Shown: positions 52,673 through 64,000 of the stretch, piece after piece
How positions within the stretch are numbered: the first letter of the stretch is position 1
Layout of the letters: each line of letters opens with the position of its first letter
NCBI GenBank assembly: GCA_964016885.1
Contig: OZ024741.1
Coordinates: 268,522,001-268,586,000, forward strand
DNA: 64,000 nucleotides
Source of the DNA: Eledone cirrhosa
Taxonomy: Eukaryota
Reading direction: 5' to 3'
Position numbers and translations under genes: made by a program
The notes under the pieces: generated by a model
Seen by the model: only the letters and a program-made list of their open reading frames with translations
The model's database searches: none
What the model was told of the DNA's origin: nothing

Positions 52673-53774
52673 CTGTCCTCCATTGTGTCATAGTATGTCC
52701 TTTACATGTTGGTACTCTATGGTGTCAATATATACTGTAATAGAAAGTGAATTGGTAGAAGTGTTTAGGTCAACTTGGCTTTTCATCTTTTTGAGGACAA
52801 TAAAAATGTACCTGTCCAGTATGGGTTTGATTATTATTCTATATCTCTTTTTCACTTCCTTTCTATCACACTCTCTCTCCTTCTGGAAGAAATTGGCTGT
52901 GTACAGACCTGGAGAGAGGATAGGCCTTGTCAGGCTTAAAAATTGCCCAAGAAATGCCATATGTTACTATGCTGCCCTTATGACTCCATCAGGAGTTATG
53001 GGTCTATGCATACATAATGTAATAGTAGTAGTGTCTTACTTAATAGTACTCTAATGTGTCACTATATATATTACTAGCAGAAATACTGCCCTTCAGTTGG
53101 TTTTCGGCTAGTCTGAGTATGTCTTTGCACATCTTTCATAATGTATAAAAGTGTATGAGAAGGGAAAACTACATTTTTGACATGCAAATTATATGAACTC
53201 ATATTTTGATGTATAGTTTATTTCATTCAATGCATAGATAGTTATTCTCTATAAAATGGTGATTCCCTCCCCCTATAACTTAACTCTTAACGCCCTGTAC
53301 TGCATGAAGCCCACACTATCAAGTCATTCTTGAAAAGTTGAAAACAACACTGACTATTACATTAATATCATATTCTTGAAAAATATAAAACAGCCCTATG
53401 ACTGTATTATGTTAAAAATAATCTTTACTCTAATACTGCAAATTTTCACAGCAATCTGTTCAATGGTAAAGATACTACAAATATTTGAATTAACAAACCC
53501 ACATTTAGATGTTTTCTGCTATATCATTACAGGATGTTAAAAGTTAAGCAAAGATGGGAAATGAACTAGTAAGAAGCAGAAGCATGATTCAAACAATCCA
53601 GCACACCTTGGGATTCAAACCTTTACCGATTATTTTTATTAAGGCAGTTTTTTTTTTTGACCTTTTGGTGTGTGATGACCTCTCCAATCCCCGCTAGCTG
53701 GGAAAATAGATGTTAAATATGATGATGATTGTCTGATTGAAATAAACATTTATCTAATTAGAAAGATGATTAGT

Positions 53775-54040
53775 GAGGAAACATTTTTTCACATTCAGAG
53801 TTGCTGAAGCACGGAACAAACTACCTGCATCAGTTGTTAGCTGTGAGGACACTGCATCCTTCAAAACTTCCATGTTTCCTGAAATTCGCCAACACTACAC
53901 GTGCATGTATCTGTGTGTATATCATGACTTACACTGTTCACTTCCCTGACATTTGTGGATTATTCTATGTACTATACATGCACCTTTGATGAGTTGTAGT
54001 GCATCTGAGCACTGTACACAATAATTTTCATTATTATTAT
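53775..54040 (+). mobile_element. CR1 3' tip, same family as 45638
   Basis: Reverse-complement homology to 45700-45972; (ATT)n tail. Confidence 0.85.
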
Positions 54041-56031
54041 TTTTTTAAAAATTTACTGTGAATTAACTAGATGGGTTGGTGATACTCATAATATTCTGTA
54101 AGGATTTAGTAGAAAATATCTAAAAACAGATTTGTTAATTCAAGTGTTTGTAGTATCTTTACTAGTGGACATATTGTAAAAACTTGCAGTAAACTAACTT
54201 AAAAGCTTTAATTTTGAATGCGATACAGTCATAGGCCTGTTTTCTACTTTTCAAGAATGTTTTGTTAATAATGCTGTTTCATGCGGTACAGGATGTTATG
54301 AATTAATTAATATCTTGTCATGATATAGTAGAAAATCTCATGTATGTTAATTCAAATGTTTGTAATGTGGGGGACAGCTGATGGTGAAAATTTGCTGTAA
54401 TCTCGAGTAAACACTTTCACTGTGTAATGATTTTTACTTTAGGCACAAAGCCAACACTTTTGAGGAGGGAAAGTCGATTAAATTGACTCCAGTTTTGATT
54501 ATTACTTTATTTTATCGACTCTGAAAGGAAGAATGGCAAAATTGACCCCAGTGGGATTTGAACTCAGATCTGACACTGTAATGACTCTACCAATTCACTG
54601 CTACCACATTGACTATGTAATGCAATGCAGCCATACTACAGCTTTGTATTTTTCAATAATCTCTTGCAAATGTGGTTTTTATGCTGTTCAGGGCATTAAA
54701 AGTTAAAAGAAGTATCTATCAGTTTCTGAAAATTTGGTGGTGTACCAGTATCCTCAGTATGGCAACTTGGAAAGGGACAAAACTTTACTGAAATCACAAG
54801 TAAATAAACTTGAAATATTTTATCAGTTGTATAAAATATTCTTCTTACTCATCTGATGTGTTAATATCTTCGAGAGCTAGGTTTTATTGTGGCACCAGCA
54901 CATAGTACAGCCTTTTGTCTTGTATTTATTTAAAGTGTTCCCAATGACAGTTATTCTAATTTTCTCCTGAACAAAACAGAAAATATAATTGTGTATACAC
55001 AATAGAGTTAGTAAACTCAACTCTGAATGTTTACAGTGGAGTGGGCTCTACTGAACAAACCCTAATCTAGGATGCTATGTGATGTGATATGTTCTCCACC
55101 TCCAACCATGTCATTTTGGCCACAAACCCAGTCATTGTCATCTGTAATGCAAAGGAGAGGAAGATAGGTAAATACCGGGGTCTTGACAAGCCACTTCCTT
55201 TTCATGCTGGCCAACATTGAGACCTCTGGTGTCCTCAGTCATCAAAGTACTATTATCATTCTGTAATAAAAACTCTGTGGGGAGATCATCCTGTCTGAGC
55301 AAGGAGCCCTGTGAAGTAGAAGTAGAGTAGCTGATGCAGTGGGTGTTGCTGGCTGGTTTCTGTGGCAATGCCATCACCATTTTGTCTACAGGGCATAGCT
55401 GAGATATACCACCTAGACAGGTAGACACGGGTGTAGTCTGCTGCTCCCTCCCACCCTACTTTTCTATACTTTCACTACTTAATTTTTTTCCCTCTTTAAA
55501 TATGCAAACGTTGATGAATTGTTAATTTCTTTCTTTTATTTCTGAATTTAATAACTTACTTTGCATTAACCCTAGAGCCAAGTAATGGTGTAAGTTAAAC
55601 TGGGCTACAGATTATGTCTACCACCCAAGTAGACTACAGTAGGATTTCAGTTGAGAATGTATAGAAGCTAGAGCAAATACTGCAAGACATTGTCATTTGT
55701 ATCTTGGGTTTTAGACTAGGTACACCTTTACACCTTCATGTCGTAAAAGATGACTAAAATTGTTGGCGTCAGGAAAAGCATCTGACTGTAAAACACATTA
55801 TATCTCAAAATGTACAAATCCATGCCAGCATGAAACAAGGGGAGGTAAAAACTGATGAAAATGATGATGATGATTACCAATCCCAACACACCGGAAAGAG
55901 GAAAAGCAAAGTTGACCTCAGTGGTATTTGAACTTCGAACACACAGGCCAGAAGAAATATTAAAAGCATCGTCTTAAGGTCTAATAATTCCACTAATTAA
56001 TTGCCTCATAGTTATTGTTGTTTTCTATTAA

Positions 56032-56222
56032 CCCTTTAACATTCACATTACTTTATATTCATGGTAAAGGCTTTATCTTACATAATATTAAATCTATGAG
56101 ATTTTGATATTTATTTTGAGAACAATATGTTAACATCGGTATGAGTGGCCAGTTACAGCTGGTTTGAACAGAAAGAGGTGAGAGAATTTTGGTTGAATAT
56201 GGCCAATTTAAATGCTAAAGGG
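56032..56222 (+). mobile_element. TTAA MITE family 1
   Basis: TTAA-CCCTTTAACATT...AATGCTAAAGGG-TTAA. Confidence 0.88.
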
Positions 56223-56235
56223 TTAACAAATTAAT

Positions 56236-56369
56236 TGTTTCTACGTTATGCACAAGGCCAGCAAATACCCAGTGTATTACTGGTACTTTATTTTATCGAA
56301 GGATGAAAGGCAAAGTTAACTTCGGCGGGATTTGAACTCAGAATGACAAGGGCCGTAACTCTATGCGTC
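56236..56369 (-). mobile_element. 5'-truncated Meta-like SINE with 19-bp TSD
   Basis: TSD aaagggttaacaaattaat at 56217 and 56370. Confidence 0.88.
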
Positions 56370-56639
56370 AAAGGGTTAACAAATTAATATTGTCTATATA
56401 TAATAAAGTTGATAAATATTTCACCTCCACAGAATAATATACGCTTCAAGGGTGTTTTGACAGGATATATTACCTTATAGGTTATCAATAAGCCCTTTAG
56501 TAAAAACTATGCTAAAAAGGTTGTCATGCAAAGTTATATATTAAACATTATATTAAAGAATTGTACTGGAATTGTTTGTTTTAAACACGTTTTACACTTC
56601 TTAATATAGAGACTTATATATGAATTGTTGACACTGTGG

Positions 56640-56689
<50 letters not shown>

Positions 56690-56794
56690 ACATATACATA
56701 CATGATGATGTTATACATGTGTGTGCGTGTATCCACTAAATATAGTTTCAGATAGTAATGGTCAACAATGTCTTAATTGTTACACACTTTTGAC

Positions 56795-57152
56795 CAAGGA
56801 CTACTCCCTAACACAAACTGCTCCTGATATTTCAAATTATGAACTGTTTCCTTACACATTTCATACCAACAACTGCTCCCTTACATATTTCACACCAACA
56901 ATTGCTCCCTTACTCTCTTCACACCAAGAACTGCTCCCTTATGCATTTTACATCAAGAACTGCTCCCTTACGCATTTTACATCAAGAACTGCTCCCTTAC
57001 ACATTTTACATCAAGAACTGCTCCCTTACGCATTTTACATTAAGAATTGCTCCCTTACTTTACACCAAGGACTGCTCCCTTACACACTCCACACAAGAAC
57101 TACTCCCTTACATATTTCACACCAATATCTGCTCCCTTACATATTTTACACC
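56795..57152. repeat. ~29-bp minisatellite (caagaactgctcccttacgcattttacat), about 12 copies
   Basis: Read directly; periodic ORFs 56721 and 56839. Confidence 0.9.
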
Positions 57153-57349
57153 ATGAATTCTGTTTCCCCAATTCCTGCTGATCTCTCATGTCAGCATCAT
57201 ATACATGTAACGTTAGATACTGTTATGTTGATGGAAAGGTGGTGACGATGGGGATATATTTTTAAAAAGATTTTCGTTAATCCTAATGTATGGTTCTTAT
57301 CTAAAGTTATGTTGGAAGACTTCAATTTTCCTCCACATATATACTGTTG

Positions 57350-57653
57350 GACCTCAGTCGTTTTCAAAGACGAGTGCTCCAGTTGATTTAGTCAATAGAA
57401 CTACCTGTTTGTGAAGTAAACATGTAAGTGGCTGAGCATTCCACAGGCATGTGCACTCTTAATGTAGTTCTCAGGGAGATACAACATGACACAATGTGTG
57501 ACAAGGCTAGCCCCCTTGAATTACAGGTACAACTCATTTTTGCCAGCTGAGTGAACTGGAGCTGTACTCAATAACACAACGCGCCACTGCTCTAGAAATT
57601 GAACTCACAACCTTTATGATCAATCATAAGCTGAACAACACTCTAACTAAGCC
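57350..57653 (-). mobile_element. CORE-like SINE
   Basis: Homologous to 33962-34261. Confidence 0.75.
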
Positions 57654-59559
57654 ATACATTATCACATATATATAGATTACTAAAAAAAAAGGTGGCAGGA
57701 TAATAAAAAAAGGAAAGAAAGTGTAGTGATGGGAGAAACCCTGCACACTTAATCACATGTCAAAACAAAGAGTGCTGGAGCTTCCCACGAATAATTTTTG
57801 AGGCAAGCCAACAACACCTTGCTGCATTGCCACATGTGATATCAAGGCTAGGGTGCTGGAATAACCAAGCACCCTTATAGGCATTACCTCAAAAATGCAT
57901 CTCTGCAAAATTCCATATAACATTGATAAATCTACCTTGTAAAGATCAAGTTTTCTATTGAGGACCCAGAAAATGCATAAGGTTGATGAGGCTGAAGCGT
58001 TGGCCTCCTGCATGAACTAAGTAGGGTCCCATTTTTTTTTTTTTTGCTGTAAGTAGGGTGAAAGATTGAACTTCCTTCTTATTTTTTCTTCTTGAGTCAT
58101 GCTTCCATCGAAGGTAAAGCATTCATTTTGCTTTTTCTAATGGTCAAAATATATGTGGCTTGCCACACCTACATTCTCATAGATCTCTGCACTAACTGGA
58201 GCAGTTGTGCCAACCCTTGTAATTAATAGTCAATCATCTACAAAGCCACTGGTGTTCATGACGCTGAGGTCATCTAATTAAACTGATGATTGTCACACAA
58301 GCTACTGCTTACTATGAGTCAAGCAGGATTTTTATCAAGGCTTACTCTAGATCCATCTTGTTCTGCTAGACTATCCTATAATAGCCATATCAGAGGCACC
58401 TCGTGTAAGATGTGGCTTTTCACCACGTAAGTCGGTCTTCGAACTGAGAGAGGGCTGAACTGGGTTCGGCTTGAAGAAGCATATATTGCGCACCATCAGT
58501 TCACTGAGTGGTATGTTGAACAAACACTGGGACACTCGGGGACGTCACAAAAGACGATCCAGTGCCAACTAGTGAAATCTACTACAGCTCTGCACACAAT
58601 GAAGTTCCAGGGGTGCTGAATATACCTGAAAGCCTAGGAACCCAGGCCTGATGATATTAAGAACTTACTCAGATGGTGATGACCCATCCAACCCATACCA
58701 GCATGGAGAGCAGATGTAAAATGATGTTTGTGATATATACACACACACACGTTAACTTATGATGTCTGTATACATGCCTATCAGTAAAGAGATGCCACTG
58801 GGTGGCATTAACCCCACCCCACACACCCACTACCTTTAAATGGTGCAACCTCAGATTTACAAAAAATTTATAGTGATATGCTTATCTGAAATTCCGCCTT
58901 AGAATTACTGCAAATTAGAGTGCCCACCCTTTCCCCTAAAATTGCTAGCCTTGTGCCTAAATCAGAAACCATTATTATTCAGAGCAGTGGATTGGTGGAG
59001 TTGTTAGTGTTGAAACCATTATTATTCAGAGCAGTGGAGTTGTAGAGCTTAACAGTATTTGTTCCAGTATTTCTACATTTTGAGTTCAAATTCCACTGAG
59101 GTCAACTTTGCCTTTCATCCGTCCGAGGTCAATAAAATAAAATACCAGTCATTTGTGACTGAAGGGGCTCTTTACTCCTTTATCAAGGTCAGCTTTAATA
59201 TTTTTCCTGTATTGAGATGATGCGAAAAAGGATTTTAAAATCACTAAACAATGGTTCTTAATTTTGGCACAAGGCCAGCAATTTTTGGAGGAGAAGTGTA
59301 AGTTAATTATATTGACCCCAGTACTTTTGTGGTACTTTATTTTATTGAGCCTGGAATGATGAAAGAACAAGTTGACCTTGGTGGAATATGAACTCAAAAT
59401 GTAAAGAGCAATTGTCTGAAGTTTTAAAGAGTCAGCCAATCTACATCACAACATGATGTGAATTCAACAGATGAGAGCTAAAGTGTGGGAAATACAGAGA
59501 TTTGAGGAATGAATCAAGCAATTTAGACAAAATAACATGCTTTAACTCTTTTGTGTCAA

Positions 59560-59852
59560 CTGGCACTCTGTTGATTACAATGACTAGTGTTCCAGTTGAT
59601 ATGATTAATGGAATAGCCTGCTCATGAAATTAACATACAGGGGGCTGAGTATTCAATATATATGTGTACCCTTAATGTATTTCCCAGAGAGATTCAGTGT
59701 GACACAGAATGTGACAAGGCTGGCCCTTTGGTTTACAGGTACAACTTACTTTTGCCCCAGTTGCATGAACTGGGACAAGGTGAAATAATACACCACTAGG
59801 AATCAAACTTATGACCTTATGATCATGAGCTGAATACCCTAACCACTAAGCT
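59560..59852 (-). mobile_element. CORE-like SINE
   Basis: Homologous to 33962-34261. Confidence 0.75.
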
Positions 59853-59973
59853 ACTGCCTATGTATATCAAACAGTTTTGAAAATTTGAAAAGTTTTATGA
59901 GATAACTAATCTTTTTATTATTAAAGTGATGTTAGAAAACATTACTTAACATCAATGTCTTAAATAAAATAAT

Positions 59974-60155
59974 TGTTTCTACTTTTGGCACAAGGCCAGC
60001 AATTACCCAGTGTATTATTGGTACTTTATTTTATCGACCCCATAAGGATGAAAGGCAAAGTTAACCTCGGTGGGATTTGAACTTAGAATGGCAAGGGCCG
60101 TAACTCTATGCGTCAAAGCATGGCGTCCAACCCTCTACTGATACTGCCAATCCAC
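59974..60155 (-). mobile_element. Meta-like SINE
   Basis: TSD taaaataat; homologous to 32765. Confidence 0.88.
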
Positions 60156-60307
60156 TAAAATAATGGAAGGTTTTAATATAAGTGTGTACATTTTAATATG
60201 AGCAGTTGCGTATCATAAAATCATATATATATATGTGTGTGTGTGTGTATATATATGTATAAATATATATATATGTGTGTATATATATGTATAAATATAT
60301 ATATATA

Positions 60308-60359
<52 letters not shown>

Positions 60360-60371
60360 TATGTATATATA

Positions 60372-60570
60372 TGAAAAAAGTCAGGACCCCAATGGCTGAG
60401 CTCCGGCTGTTTCGACAGCTAGATCTGAATGTTTGGATCTAACTGTCGAAACAGCCGGAGCTCAGCCGTCAGGGTCCTGACTTTTTTGCCATTACCCACT
60501 CTACTACCCAAAGTATCGAGTACTCTGGTGCATTATGGTCCACCTGGTTCCTTACCACACTTTCTTTGTT
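60372..60570. mobile_element. TA-embedded non-autonomous element with a 114-bp near-perfect hairpin (60374-60487)
   Basis: aaaaaagtcaggaccc..ggctgagctccggctgtttcgacag / ctgtcgaaacagccggagctcagcc..gggtcctgactttttt. Confidence 0.7.
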
Positions 60571-62304
60571 ATATATATATATGATATCATATCTTACATA
60601 TAAACATTTGAAAAGGCCCACAGAGACCACCTCAATTGCTCACTTGTGGGTTGTGACTTACTTGCAGCTAATCATTGCTTTAAAGGAAATTAAATGAAAC
60701 AATACAAGTAGAGAATCCATCAAAGAAAGAAAAAAAAGTAGAAGAAACATTTTAGAGGAAAATAGAAAAGCCTCTCCTCTCTAACACATGAAATCACAAG
60801 ACATTCTTGAGAAATACAAAACAACACTATGACTATCACATTAAAAAGTCTTTACTTTAATATTGCAAATTTTCATGACCTGTTCAATAGTAAAGATACC
60901 ATTATAATCATCATTATTTAATATTCATTTTCCCTGTTATCAAGGGATGGGCGGGTGCATTTTTTCATGGCATTAACACTAAGGCAGTTATCATATCTTT
61001 GACACAGCAGAAGAGCCCTCTCGAGCCTTTGTTTGGTAAGTTTTCTGGGACTGAACACCCTTCCTATCACCAACCAATTTACAGAGTGTACTGGGTGCGT
61101 TTTATTGTTTCACCAACACTATAGCATTTGTCATGCTCTTAACAAACTGAAGAGTCTTCTCAACCCTATTTTGGCATGGTTTCTATAGCTGGATGTCCTT
61201 CCTATCACCACCCATCACACAATGTGTATTACATGTATTATTCATCCTCATCATTACCTCACCATCATCATTAGCATCATCATCATCTCATTCATTATCA
61301 CAGTTAAAGACAGTGGGGTTAAATGTTTTTCCCTATCTGCACATAGTTTGCAGTTAGTGTATTCTGTTTTATTATATTGCTTTCAGTAGTTTCTCATTGG
61401 AAGTCTTTCACCCTATGCTGCTATCTAGAACCTTTCAATTCTACCCCAGAACTTACACATATGCACAACATACATACTATAGTATTACTAGGCACTGTAC
61501 ACAGATTTTATATTGATTACTGTTGTGTATTGAATTAGCATTAAATGGTATCTAACAAGTGCTGCGTAATTGTTAATTATTTAATGACAGCCAATCATAT
61601 CACAATCATGTGTTTCAAGTGTGCTCATGTTTTTTGCCTATAATGCTTTAGCTAAACGGGGGACACAATCCTATTTACAACAGGCTCGAAGTACAATCTG
61701 ATGGTTTGAGGAGGACACAATTCTTTCTGTCACCATGGAATTGCGTTCAATGTTATTATTAGTAGATGCTCGTTTCAGTTCAACAGTTTATTGTGCTTCA
61801 TTGTGTTGAAATAGAAATTTGTAAGCTACTGTTCCTTGTTCAATGACCTACACACAAGGAAATGAACAGACATGACAATTACTTTCAATGCAAAATACAA
61901 AACCAAAAACAACATCCAGTCCACACTATAAAGTGGTTGTATTGGTGATATGATAAAAAGCACCTAGTCCACTGTAAATGTGGTTGGTGTTAAGAAAGGC
62001 ATCCAGCCGTAGAAACCAAGCCAGAAACAGTTCTGTATGAGCAAGACATGGTCATCTGATCTGACTTGTCTCACAATGGGACAACTTGCCTAACTCATTG
62101 AAAAATGGATATTAAATGTTGATGCTGATGAGGTCGCTATGATTGACTAAATCAAGAGTGTGCCCAATATGGCTGCAATCTTTTGACTAAAACAAGTAAA
62201 AGACTAAAAAAAAAAAGAATACTTAAAGTGTCTTTGGTAGTGCATTGTGGAAGTATTCAATAAAATTATGACTACTGGGGAAAAATAGTAATAGTAGTAA
62301 TAAT

Positions 62305-62897
62305 TGTTTCTACTATTGGCACAAGGCCAGAAATTACCCAGTACATTACTGGTACTTTATTTTATCGACCCCCGTAAGGATGAAAGGCAAAGTTAACCTC
62401 AGCGGGATTTGAACTCAGAATGGCAAGGGCCGTAACTCTATGCATCAAAGCATGGCGTCCGAACCTCTACTGATACTGCCAATCCACCGCCCAGTAATAG
62501 TAGTAATAATGGTTTCTTATTTAGGCACAAGGCCAGAAATTTTGGGGAAGGGGAAAGTCGATTAAATCGACCCCAGTTTATTTTATTTTATCGACCCCGT
62601 AAGGATGAAAGGCAAAGTTAACCTCGGCGGGATTTGAACTCAAACCGCAAAGGGCCGTAACTCTATGTTGCAAAGCATGGCGTCTGATCCTCTACCAATA
62701 ATAATAACTATAATTGTTTCTACTTTTGGTACAAGGCCAGCAATTACCCAGTACATTATTGGTACTTTATTTTATTGACCCCGTAAGGATGAAAGGCAAA
62801 GTTAACCTCGGTGGGATTTGAACTCAGATCGTAAAGGGACGTAACTACGCTGGAAAGCATGTCCGACCTTTCTACCAATACTACCAAGTCACCGCCC
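62305..62897 (-). mobile_element. Three tandem Meta-like SINEs (62305-62492, 62511-62700, 62712-62897)
   Basis: Each homologous to 32765; the first has an 18-bp TSD agtaatagtagtaataat. Confidence 0.88.
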
Positions 62898-64000
62898 TTA
62901 TAATAATAATGTGAAAGGACCAGGGAGGATACTTCAATTGTGTCAAAGACTGGACAACCTTTCTAGTTTTGGAGATCTGCACAATAAATGCACCCAGTGC
63001 AGAATGAGAAGTGGTGATACAAAGGACATTAAGCCATAGAAGCCTGCTAAAGAAAGTGTCAGAAGGACCTTTTTGTTGTGTCAAATATTTGACAACCTCT
63101 CTAGTGTTGGAGATCTACACAATAAATACACCCAGTACACTCTGGAAAGTGGTTGGTGATGAGCATTCAGTCATAAAAGTCTTTCAAACAATGAATTTGG
63201 AAGACCCATCAGCTGGGTCAAAGACATAGTAATATTACTGGTGCTAGCATCACAATAAAGTGCACTCGGCAGAGCGTGAGATTGTATGTAAGCAAGATGC
63301 AGGCCTTTGGCCCATCTGTGAGGTCAGTAGTCTTGTTTGAGTACTGACTTTGTTGAGACCCGTCCAACTATTGCTAGCAAGGAAAATGAATGTTCTATGA
63401 TGATGCTGATAAAAAGTGACAGATAGAATAGTTTATGCTCTGAGTTCACATCCCACCTAGGTCAACTTTGCCTTTAATTCTTTCATGGCCAGTAAATAAA
63501 GCAGCTGTTAAAGATGGTGGGTTGGCAGAATTGTTTGCGCATCAGGCAGGATATCTGTTGATTTCATTTGTATTCACAAAAAAAAAAAAAAAAAAAAAGG
63601 TAAAACAACAGAAAATAAAGTGAAATACCTACCTTGTGGGTAACTTTATGTCCAGTTATTACTGTGGGCAGGTTTCTCAGTATCTAAATAGGCATTTCTG
63701 AAAAAGATAGAATTTTAGTCATTATGATAATTCAGATAAGGCAAAAAAGAAAAGATGTGTAACTTAATTATATTTTTTCTCAGCTTTTGCATTTTGTAGA
63801 TTTAATTATTGGTCATTACACAAATATCATACATACTCTTGTATAAGTTGCATCATGACCCTCACAAGTCCAGTGGGTAAAGTAGTTGGCTCGGGCTTGT
63901 GATCCTTAAATTCTAATCATTTCATTTTGTTCTGTTACTTAGAACTACATTATGTACATTTATATTACATCACTTACTTACATTTCATTGTGTATACTAA

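Noticed and set aside
53070-53540. Helitron-like non-autonomous element (actag start; similar pieces at 54040-54430 and 60795-60900)
   Set aside because: A repeat is likely, but termini and class cannot be supported.
55138-55428. 96-aa ORF in non-repetitive sequence
   Set aside because: No recognisable domain or splice context.
26360-62897. tRNA genes
   Set aside because: The A/B-box sequences are SINE heads without a full cloverleaf.

Overview
AT-rich, apparently gene-free animal genomic DNA. The repeat repertoire suggests a coleoid cephalopod, probably an octopus (inference). No host protein-coding gene could be supported, and the Y/I-rich ORFs are translations of (TA)n. The window has two parts. 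(1) 1-23.5 kb is a dense array of young, mostly 5'-truncated retroelements separated by long variant (TA)n blocks. It holds three RTE subfamilies with a PHD-type C4HC3 finger inside the RT region, an RTE-X-like tip, a CR1-group tip, and Penelope-like (PLE) elements/termini with a GIY-YIG ORF and three different hammerhead ribozyme folds. The array is strictly polarised: 13 consecutive units lie on the minus strand (2.35-16.47 kb), the orientation flips inside a PLE fold-back palindrome (16344-16525), and 6 consecutive units then lie on the plus strand to 23.44 kb. This is not expected from independent insertions into palindromic (TA)n and is the main candidate novel system (serial, multi-family reverse-transcription chains with TA spacers). 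(2) 23.5-64 kb is older intergenic/intronic DNA with decayed RTE and CR1 LINEs, tRNA-derived SINEs (Meta-, CORE- and V-like domains), TTAA- and TA-flanked MITEs, hairpins and mini/microsatellites.
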